DNA of 44,188 bases, taken from assembly GCA_035506455.1 (NCBI GenBank), contig DATJPJ010000080.1, positions 1 to 44,188 on the forward strand, in the 5' to 3' direction. A program made the position numbers and the translations under genes. The notes under the pieces were generated by a model. That model worked only from the letters and a program-made list of their open reading frames with translations. It had not been told where the DNA came from and made no database searches. Numbering within the stretch: position 1 is the first letter of the stretch; the number at the start of each line of letters is the position of its first letter. The stretch is from Candidatus Nanoarchaeia archaeon (GTDB lineage Archaea; Thermoproteota; Bathyarchaeia; Bathyarchaeales; Bathycorpusculaceae). Below, piece after piece: positions 7,878 to 15,458 of this stretch.

Positions 7878-9529
7878 GCTTTTTTCCTTCCGAGCAGTTT
7901 GGAAACGTCTTCTGAGGTGACTATGCCTAGTACTTTCTTTTTTGCGTCTATTACTGGGAGTGCGGATATGTTGTGGGTTGCCATGCGTTTTGCTGCTGTT
8001 TCTAGGGGTTCGTCGGGTTTGGTTGTTATGACGTGTTTTGTCATGATGTCGGTTAGGGATTGTTTGCCCTGTGCCATTGCGCGTGTTACGTCCCATGAGG
8101 TTACGATGCCTGTGAGTGTGCCTGTGTCGTCGATTACGATTATGTGGTTTACTGATTTGGTGACTATGCGTTCGGCTATGGCTCGGACTTCTTCGTTTTC
8201 TTTGCATGTGACTGCTTTGTGCATGACGTTTGCGACGAATGGTGTGTCTTCTGTTTGTTTCATGGGTTTGAAAACGGTGTCTAGGGGTAGTCGTTCTACT
8301 GGGGCTGTTAGGAAGAATTCGCCTTGGTCAATCCACTGTTTTAAGGTGGCGGCGACGTTGCGGGCGTTCTTGAGGCTTGAAAGTGAGCTTACCTTGATTT
8401 TTTTGTCGCCTACTGTTATCGTGCCCGATTTGAGTTGTTTGTAGTTGACTTTGGCGAGTTTTGGGCGGTCTCTTCGTGGAACGCCGTAGTCGACTACGTT
8501 TGTGAATATTTCTTCGTCTCGGATGGCGGTTTTTTTTGCTATGCCTTCGTTTAGGATTGGGATTGGGATGCCTAGTCCGATGTATAGTGTTGTGCCGTAT
8601 CTGGTGAAGGTTGCGCCGCGGAGGAATTTTGTGTCCATTTTTTTGGCGTTGCCTCTGACCATTATTGTTCCGTTTTGGGTTTTTGCTTCGTGTTGGGTGC
8701 CTTCGCCTATGATGTAGCCTTGGGTTCCGCCTAGGAAGATTTTGGTTCCCATTCCGATGGTTTCGTAGTCGGGGTCGTTCATGAGGGGGTTTAGTTCGCC
8801 TGCGCCTGAGTATGTGGCGTTGCGCATTCCTGGGAGGAGTTTGCCCATGTATGTGTAGATTGTTTCGTCGCGGGTGTTGACCGCGCAATTGTATCGTTGG
8901 TAGCAGTTTCGGAAGTTTAACAGGTAAAATTGGTTTAAGTCTTCTTTTGTTAGGGTTGTTCTTAGTTGTGTTCGGGGGTAGCAGTCGGTGCCGTAAGCTG
9001 AAGCTTTTAGTTCAACTTCTTTGCCTGCTACAAGGTCCTCTATGAGGTGTCCTCCGCCGTACTCATAAGGTTGGGTTTCTGACATGGCGGTTGCGCCTAT
9101 GTAAAGGTCGACGGCGGCGCCTGGGTGGCAGATTGGTACGTTGTTCATGAATGCTTGGTCAATTTTCATGGGTGGGTCAGAGTGGCCTACGTTTATGATG
9201 GCGCCTGAGCTGCACATCGCTCCAAAAGTGCCTGTTGTGACCACGTCGACTTCTTTAAAAGCTACTTCGACGCCGCTGCTTTCTACTAGCCGTTTCATTT
9301 CTTCGGCTGTTAAGACTTGGGCGTCGCCTTTGCGGATTTTCTCGTTAATTTCTTCGATGGTTCGGGTTTTTTTCTGAGGGGTTAACGCTTTTTGTCCGAC
9401 CAGTTGCAACTGAAGGACGTTTTCGCGTATTAATAGGTTTTGAACTTTGGTAATGGGATTGGGTGAGTTGAGTGGGGTTTGGACCCCGGTCATTTGTCGC
9501 GACATTAATTTTTTCAATCGTCGCGACAA
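7871..9529 (-). CDS. homocysteine biosynthesis protein, COG1900 domain + tandem CBS (MA1821 family)
   Basis: The conserved N-terminus KTRTIEEINEKIRKGDAQVLTAEEMKRL begins about 45 codons into the ORF. A tandem CBS pair sits at the C-terminus. The 9529 start is a TTG. TTG 9409 and ATG 9493 are alternatives, and repeat copy A (9475-9540) overlaps the extension. The true start is therefore probably near 9409. Confidence 0.85.
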   Translation of the reverse strand: MSRRLKKLMSRQMTGVQTPLNSPNPITKVQNLLIRENVLQLQLVGQKALTPQKKTRTIEEINEKIRKGDAQVLTAEEMKRLVESSGVEVAFKEVDVVTTGTFGAMCSSGAIINVGHSDPPMKIDQAFMNNVPICHPGAAVDLYIGATAMSETQPYEYGGGHLIEDLVAGKEVELKASAYGTDCYPRTQLRTTLTKEDLNQFYLLNFRNCYQRYNCAVNTRDETIYTYMGKLLPGMRNATYSGAGELNPLMNDPDYETIGMGTKIFLGGTQGYIIGEGTQHEAKTQNGTIMVRGNAKKMDTKFLRGATFTRYGTTLYIGLGIPIPILNEGIAKKTAIRDEEIFTNVVDYGVPRRDRPKLAKVNYKQLKSGTITVGDKKIKVSSLSSLKNARNVAATLKQWIDQGEFFLTAPVERLPLDTVFKPMKQTEDTPFVANVMHKAVTCKENEEVRAIAERIVTKSVNHIIVIDDTGTLTGIVTSWDVTRAMAQGKQSLTDIMTKHVITTKPDEPLETAAKRMATHNISALPVIDAKKKVLGIVTSEDVSKLLGRKKAW

Positions 9530-9540
9530 TCGAGAAAAAC
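9475..9540. repeat. direct repeat copy A (about 66 nt) with internal 10-bp dyad TTGTCGCGAC/GTCGCGACAA
   Basis: Aligned by eye to 9968-10030. Shared blocks are GGTYTGGACCC(C)GGTCATTTGTC, ATTTTT, GACAATSG and GAAAAC. Confidence 0.7.
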
Positions 9541-9864
9541 CTTGTTTCTGGGATTAGTGCGGGTTGCTTTTCTTGGAAGCAGTTTATTAGCAATTGTCCT
9601 GCGATTGTCGCATTGTGCTAGATGTCGGCCTGAATTCTGTTGCAAAAGAGTGAAGAGGTTGTGGAAGACTTGTGCGTTTTTGCTCTTAACCAGGAAGCCG
9701 CTGAGCGGGGGTGGCTTTGGGGGAGGGTTGAGGGCGCCGCAGTTACCAGGAGGAGAGGGAGGGGGTAGTATGTTCGCAGCTTGGGTTTTTTTTAATGTTG
9801 AACATTGCGAAATCTTGTTTTTTGGGGTTGAAGCTGTTTGCTTTTTGGTAATGCAGCTTTTTGG

Positions 9865-9934
9865 CAAGTGTTCAAGCAATGTTCAATCCAATGTTCGCGA
9901 TGCAGAAAACCAATGTTCAGCCAATGTTCAACAT
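9865..9934. repeat. five direct (C)CAATGTTC(A) iterons at 11-12 bp phasing
   Basis: Copies start at 9865 (CAAGTGTTCA), 9876, 9888, 9910 and 9921. The last one merges into the palindrome ATGTTCAACAT. A related palindrome AATGTTGAACATT lies at 9794-9806. Confidence 0.7.
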
Positions 9935-9967
9935 GGGTGAGCCAGTCCTGGGTTAACGGGCCGGGAC

Positions 9968-10030
9968 GGGTCTGGACCCGGTCATTTGTCCCGTCAATGG
10001 ATTTTTGCATTGTGGGACAATGGTGAAAAC
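9968..10030. repeat. direct repeat copy B (about 63 nt) with internal dyad TTGTCCC/GGGACAA
   Basis: See copy A. The arms are at 9986-9992 and 10014-10020. Confidence 0.7.
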
Positions 10031-10203
10031 AGGTGTTTGGGGTCTGTAGTGGGTTGGTTTTTGTTAAAGCAGTCTGCCCATGATTGTCCACCATTGACCC
10101 AACTGGTCAATCCGTTCAGGGAGGTTTGACTATTTTTTTTGGGGGATGTGCAGAGTCTTGCTGAAAGAATTAGCTGATAGAAAGAAAGGGAGTTTTGGCT
10201 TGG

Positions 10204-10707
10204 TTAAGCCGTCTTCATGAACTTTGATTTGGGTGAGCCGCAGACGGGGCAGACGTCCGGAGCGGAGCCTTCCACAGTGTTTCCACATGTCTGGCAGACG
10301 TAGTAGTCGACCTTTACAATGTCTTTCTTGTTTTTCATTGCGTCTATAGCTTTCTGGTATAGTCCAGCGTGCACTTTCTCGACTTTGTTTGCGACGTCAA
10401 AGCTCCATGCAGCTTGTTTGTTGCCTTCTTTCTTAGCTACGTCGAGGAATTCAGGGTACATTTTCATAAACTCGAACGATTCGCCGCCAAACGCGGTGTT
10501 CAGGTTTTCCATTGTAGATTTGATTTCGCCTAAGGTTCTTAGATGGTTTAAGGCGTGGACGGTTTCGGCTTCTGCTGCTGCTCGAAAGAGCTTGGCAGCT
10601 TGTGTGAAGCCTTCTTCGTCGGCTTTCATTGCGAAAGCTAAGTATCGTCTGTTTGCTTGAGATTCTCCTGCGAATGCAGCTTTTAGGTTTTCATCGGTCT
10701 TGGTCAT
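10204..10707 (-). CDS. rbr: rubrerythrin
   Basis: 167 aa. It has a ferritin-like diiron domain (ENLKAAFAGESQANRRY, EAETVHA) and a C-terminal rubredoxin-like CQTC...CPVC. AGGAGA lies 9 nt upstream of the ATG. Confidence 0.9.
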   Translation of the reverse strand: MTKTDENLKAAFAGESQANRRYLAFAMKADEEGFTQAAKLFRAAAEAETVHALNHLRTLGEIKSTMENLNTAFGGESFEFMKMYPEFLDVAKKEGNKQAAWSFDVANKVEKVHAGLYQKAIDAMKNKKDIVKVDYYVCQTCGNTVEGSAPDVCPVCGSPKSKFMKTA

Positions 10708-10845
10708 ATAAAATTCTCCTGAAAAAGATTAACTTCGAAGTAAGTTATAAGTTATGCTTAAAATTTTGGGGGCTCACATTGAGGATACAGCAAAGGTATA
10801 TTAGGTTTAGTTTGCTTGTGAAAACATTGGTTTTTGGTGAGTAAA

Positions 10846-11487
10846 ATGGAGCATCTTACGATTAGTAAAAGCAAAACTGAAACTATAACTTCTTTTAGTC
10901 TTCCCAAGTTGCCTTATGACTACAAGGCTCTTGCGCCCTTCTTGTCTGAGGAACAGCTCAAGCTACATCACGATAAGCATCATTTGGGATACGTAAACGG
11001 TGCGAATGCTATCTTTGAAAAGTTGGACAAAGCCCGGAAAGAAAACATGGAAATCGACGCCAAAGCGACCTTCAAAGAGCTTTCGTTCCACATTGGCGGC
11101 CATATGTTGCATTCTGCGTTTTGGGATTGCATGGCACCTCCAGGAAAAGGTGGGGGTAAACCGAGTGGAGCCATTGCTGATGCAATTAACAAGGAGTTCG
11201 GAAGCTTTGATCGTTTCAAGATGGAGTTCTCTAAAACTGCTAACAGCGTTGAAGGCTCAGGTTGGGCAGTATTAGCAATGCAGGAATGTATTTCTAGGCC
11301 GCTGATTATGCAGGTTGAGAAACATAATGTAAACGTCTTTCCGGGTTTTCGCATTCTAATGGATTTGGACGTCTGGGAACACGCATATTATGTTGATTAC
11401 AAGAATGACCGCGCCAAGTTCGTTGAAGGGTTCTGGACTGTGGTCAACTGGGATTACGTCAATAAAGTTGCAACTATGATAAAGTAA
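10846..11487 (+). CDS. sod: Fe/Mn superoxide dismutase
   Basis: LPKLPYDYKALAPFLSEEQLKLHHDKHH and DVWEHAYY motifs are present. The track start at 10834 is a TTG. The ATG at 10846 has GGTGA 6 nt upstream. Confidence 0.9.
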   Translation: MEHLTISKSKTETITSFSLPKLPYDYKALAPFLSEEQLKLHHDKHHLGYVNGANAIFEKLDKARKENMEIDAKATFKELSFHIGGHMLHSAFWDCMAPPGKGGGKPSGAIADAINKEFGSFDRFKMEFSKTANSVEGSGWAVLAMQECISRPLIMQVEKHNVNVFPGFRILMDLDVWEHAYYVDYKNDRAKFVEGFWTVVNWDYVNKVATMIK

Positions 11488-11500
11488 GCCACGACAACAA

Positions 11501-11518
11501 TCTTTCTTTCTTTTTTTT
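11501..11518 (+). terminator. oligo-T tract (TCTTTCTTTCTTTTTTTT) downstream of sod
   Basis: A T8 run at 11511-11518 begins 24 nt after the sod stop. Archaeal termination typically uses oligo-T. Confidence 0.45.
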
Positions 11519-11916
11519 AAGCTAAATTCTTTGTTTCTGCGAAAAATATTTTTGCATGGATTTCTCCGACTTTGTAATTTTCATTTTAGCCGACAATGAA
11601 AAACGCCAAATTTTGCACGTGTGATAATTCAAACCTTCTTTTGTCGAGAGGCTCCTTACGTCAGTCTAAATTATTTTTAGAGAGCTGGGCAAGATTCCTG
11701 TCACATTTAAGTTTAGCTGGATGATCATCTGCGGAATTAGTCACTAATCAAATCTGCCTTACAAATATCTTCCACCAGTTTGGTGGTTCACTGATTCTTG
11801 CGACATTGAGGCTGGAGGCTGGGGCATTGGCAACTGGAGCGACGGGCAACTGGGTTAGATTGGGTTCATAGACGGATTCGTAACGATTTTGCAAGGGCAG
11901 GCTCCATCCATTTGGT

Positions 11917-13311
11917 TCACAAAGTAACGCGTTTGCGACTTTTTCTAATCAGATACAGTGAAACTGCAATTACAGTGGTTATTGCTGCTACGGTAATGGA
12001 AACATCTATTATTCCAAAGCCAGAGGCCGGTTTTTGACTTTGTGTTGGAGTCACTCCCGTCGCGAGTTGCAGGCTAAGCGATGAAACACCCGTGGTTGCC
12101 AGCTGCAGATTTTGCGCATCTATTTCGGTTACTCTATAAATCCCCCAACCCGCTGGAAAAGTCCATGTCCGAACTGCACTGCCTGTAGCGTTAACTTCAA
12201 CGATAACAGCACCTGTCTGATTAGTCTGGTCTTGTTGACCAAATTCGTGGTCTTGGTCTCCAAAAACTGCAAGTTTATCTCCATTGGGCAAAATATCTGC
12301 ACTTCCCCAATACTGAGTCCAATCTGATGTGGGTGATTCCCAACTCCAGATTTCACGAGCGGTCATGTTCTGCATGTCCAAAGAAATCTCCAGTATCCTG
12401 CTGTGTGCATCTAAGGGGTTGGTTTCATTGTGAAAATCATTGTCAAACATTATGAAGATCCCCGGGGCAACTTGGGCAGTGTCGTGGCTGTGGTACCATA
12501 AGCTGGAAACAACGTCGCCCTGTGAATTTACAAGTGTGAAGTTGCCAAACTGTCCGCATGCCCAAATTATGTTTCCTGATGTTTGGTTGATGGCGTAAAA
12601 TGTGTTTGTGTGGCGTACGTTCAGGTAGATGAGACTGTCGTTGTAGTCCCATTGAAGGGCGTTTGAGTGGGTGAAATCTACCACGGTTTGCCCATTTACT
12701 AATGAAGTGTCATTAAAGGGGTCTGCCTCCGTGAGAGGTATGTTGCCGTAGGTGTCCCAGCTCCAAAGTATACTTCCTGTCGCGTTCAGCTCGTCGACTG
12801 TGTCAAAGAGGTAGTTGGTTCCGTTGACGTTTCTCACGTAGTTCCGGAGTGCGAGGAAAGTGTTGTTAATAGGATTATAACAGAGGTCATGATGACCGTA
12901 AACGTTTGGGAAATCGGTTGTTTCGTTCGAAGTGAAGTTCCAGAAAAATGACTCGCTTGCCGCGCTATTGCCTTGGACCATAAGAGTGTCGGGTGCGATG
13001 TATTTGACGGAATTTGAGTAGCTCGCGGAGGAGCCGTTGGCTTCTATGAAATTAAGAGCTTGTGTGTTATCGGTTTGCATGACTACTAGGTAGCTTGCAA
13101 TCACCTGTTGCAAGTTGCTGGAGTTGTATTGGGACAAGCCAAAGGCTAGTTCTCCGTTCCAAGCGTTTCCAGTGGTATCAATTGTGCAGGGTACCACGAA
13201 CCCTGTGGAAGTCGCGGAATAGCTGATGGGAACAGTGGCTAGAATTATGAGACAGGCTATTAGCAACCCCGCTTTTAGAAAAATTGGCTTTCTGTTTCGT
13301 GATTCAAACAT
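11917..13311 (-). CDS. exported, C-terminally anchored beta-propeller-like protein, possibly arylsulfotransferase (ASST)-like
   Basis: 464 aa with an N-terminal signal/TM. His-containing motifs GHHDLCYNP, DFTHSNALQWD and WYHSHD recall ASST-family proteins, from memory and not searched. It has more than 12 N-x-S/T sequons. The C-terminus is a TM helix followed by RKSRKRVTL. Confidence 0.5.
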   Translation of the reverse strand: MFESRNRKPIFLKAGLLIACLIILATVPISYSATSTGFVVPCTIDTTGNAWNGELAFGLSQYNSSNLQQVIASYLVVMQTDNTQALNFIEANGSSASYSNSVKYIAPDTLMVQGNSAASESFFWNFTSNETTDFPNVYGHHDLCYNPINNTFLALRNYVRNVNGTNYLFDTVDELNATGSILWSWDTYGNIPLTEADPFNDTSLVNGQTVVDFTHSNALQWDYNDSLIYLNVRHTNTFYAINQTSGNIIWACGQFGNFTLVNSQGDVVSSLWYHSHDTAQVAPGIFIMFDNDFHNETNPLDAHSRILEISLDMQNMTAREIWSWESPTSDWTQYWGSADILPNGDKLAVFGDQDHEFGQQDQTNQTGAVIVEVNATGSAVRTWTFPAGWGIYRVTEIDAQNLQLATTGVSSLSLQLATGVTPTQSQKPASGFGIIDVSITVAAITTVIAVSLYLIRKSRKRVTL

Positions 13312-13878
13312 GTTCTGTAGCCTTTAGTAAACGATGATTTTCCTCGCGTTTCAGCACGCGCAGAATATTTAGTTGTTTACCAGAATTGTACCAGAATTTC
13401 GTTCGTATTAGTTGAATGGTCGCTTGAAGTATCCATTTTTTACGATTTTGTAATAGAACTCAGGAAAATTTTTGAGAACGACGTCAATTCTAAAGACAAA
13501 ACTAACGTGCAAGGAATGAGTAGCCTTGGTTTTTCCGTAATTACTTGTTTCCCCCTTCACGTTTCCAGGTAACTACATCGGAGTTTCCTGAAGGATACAT
13601 GGGGGCGTTTTGAGAACCGTTTGAGAATAAGTAAATCGATCCATTGAAAGACCTCTAACTGGTGTTTCCAAAACGTTAGAGAAGTGAATCAAGAAGAAAA
13701 TTCCCCAATGGGTAAGACCAAAGAAGATTGGCTAACTCCCCAAGTATATAAAATTTAAGTTTGAGGCTTGATACTCTTAAGAACCACTTATTTATCAAAA
13801 TTCGAACAGGTTTTTTGTGTCAAAAAAGTTTTACAAGCAATCTTTTAGGTGAGTTGAACCAGTAGTTACTTGATTGCT

Positions 13879-15450
13879 ATGAGCAAGAAAACATTCATAG
13901 CAGCAATAGTCATACTGTTCCTATTTTCAGTGGTAAGCCTTCCGCATTTTAGCGGGGCACAAGAACCAGTTATTAACATCAATGGTGATGGCACTGTCAC
14001 TCCTTCGACTGCTCCAATAAAGCAAACAGCAATCGGGTATGCTTTAACGGGAGATGTAAACGAGGACATAATTGTGGGCATCAGCAACATAGTTTTTGAC
14101 GGAAATGGCTACCACAGTATCAGGGGGGTTTTCTTGATCGGCGTGTCAAACGTCACGATCCAGAACTGTTCAATTTCAACGGACGGCGCAATTAGCTTGG
14201 ATGGGGCTTCGAACATTACCATTGTTAATAACACATTAACTGGTGCTGACTTTCCATGGTACGAGACGGGCACAATCTCAATTCACAACAGTTATCTAGT
14301 AAAAATTGAAGGAAACGTAATGGCGAGCGGTTGCAGCGGCATAATAATGATGGAAAGTCATGACAACTTGATTACTGAAAACAACATAACAGGCATGTCA
14401 ACTATTTGGCCACATGAAAGCGCAGCGATTATACTCTACAACTCTACAAACAACACCTTCTACCACAACAATTTCTTCAACAATGCTCAAGGAGTAACGG
14501 TTAACGGAATCAGTTCAGGCAACACCTACGACAACGGCTATCCCAACGGGGGAAACTACTGGAGCGACAACAGCGGAAAACAGTGGGGCGACCGCTATCC
14601 CCTTTCAAAGCCATTCACCACTACTTCATTATCTCCAACATTAACGCCCACACCATCTCCAAGTCCTTCTCCCAGTGCATCATCTTCTCCAAACATATCA
14701 CCCACACTTTCACCACCCGCGAACGCTGCAACCTCTTCCCCGATCGCCTTTCCGTCAAACACTCAATTCACGATACCAGCCCAAAACGCCACCATCATTT
14801 TTGCGCAAAATGGCACCTACGAAACCGCAAACCTTGACAATGGCACATGGATTTTCACTAACCTCTATCTAAACTCACCAAACGGCGATCTACTCGTAGA
14901 CAGCCCAACCATTGGCAATCTAAGAATAAACGCACAAGACAGCAACGTAACGATAGATTGCTTCGACCGACTCATATCCCCCTACCCAAACCACTACCAA
15001 GGCAACGCAACCTGGCAAACGCAAGGCTGGCTAAACTATACCGTCAACGGAACAGGAACGCAGACGATAAAAATCCAATTCAACTTAGTCGGTTCCACGA
15101 TTCCCTACCTAAACGGCGTCGGAACAGTAGATTGGCCCATATTCGTTTCGTTTTATGCAGGTGGCAACACGACAGAAACTGGCCTAAGCGGCGACAATTG
15201 GCCTCGACCGTATGGAATAGGGCTTACTGTGAACGGGGAAAGCTCGTACGTTGGTATCGGCTACCAGTGGGTAAACGCTCCCATTAATCCAGACCAACAA
15301 TCTCAGACGCTACCCCCTCTCCTAGATTATACCCCTACTCCCTCACCTTCCCCTCAGCAGAACGTTATACCTGCTTTAGTCATAGCAGCCGTTGTGGTTG
15401 CAGCGGTTGTGGTGGTATTGCTGATTTACTTCAGGAAGAGAAGAGGATAG
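13879..15450 (+). CDS. exported right-handed beta-helix (NosD/CASH-like) protein with P/T/S linkers and C-terminal TM anchor
   Basis: The ATG at 13879 is preferred because the track start 13870 is a TTG. Repeated motifs NVTIQNCSI, NITIVNNTL, IEGNVM, ITENNITG and FYHNNFFNN are typical of parallel beta-helix repeats. The linker is TPTPSPSPSPS and the tail is QQN-TM-RKRRG. Confidence 0.7.
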   Translation: MSKKTFIAAIVILFLFSVVSLPHFSGAQEPVININGDGTVTPSTAPIKQTAIGYALTGDVNEDIIVGISNIVFDGNGYHSIRGVFLIGVSNVTIQNCSISTDGAISLDGASNITIVNNTLTGADFPWYETGTISIHNSYLVKIEGNVMASGCSGIIMMESHDNLITENNITGMSTIWPHESAAIILYNSTNNTFYHNNFFNNAQGVTVNGISSGNTYDNGYPNGGNYWSDNSGKQWGDRYPLSKPFTTTSLSPTLTPTPSPSPSPSASSSPNISPTLSPPANAATSSPIAFPSNTQFTIPAQNATIIFAQNGTYETANLDNGTWIFTNLYLNSPNGDLLVDSPTIGNLRINAQDSNVTIDCFDRLISPYPNHYQGNATWQTQGWLNYTVNGTGTQTIKIQFNLVGSTIPYLNGVGTVDWPIFVSFYAGGNTTETGLSGDNWPRPYGIGLTVNGESSYVGIGYQWVNAPINPDQQSQTLPPLLDYTPTPSPSPQQNVIPALVIAAVVVAAVVVVLLIYFRKRRG

Positions 15451-15458
15451 GTTTGAGT

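Noticed and set aside
9410-9700. A SAM-type riboswitch upstream of the homocysteine operon, and a lysine-type riboswitch upstream of ask (5582-5700).
   Set aside because: I could not recognise the conserved cores of SAM-I, SAM-II or L-box elements on either strand. Only simple hairpins and dyads are present.
9514-10094. Track ORFs 9514-9879, 9542-9940, 9792-10094 and 9838-10026 in the gene-free gap.
   Set aside because: The translations are dominated by G/P runs and by repeated QCS/MFN strings. These strings are simply the AATGTTC iterons and G-tracts read in frame. The ORFs overlap one another on both strands and start at non-ATG codons.
11758-11868. Open frame (SNLPYKYLPPVWWFTDSCDIEAGGWGIGNWSDGQLG) with repeated GGCAACTGG words downstream of sod, which might be a pseudogene fragment.
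   Set aside because: It has no start codon and no similarity I can recognise. It is too short to call.
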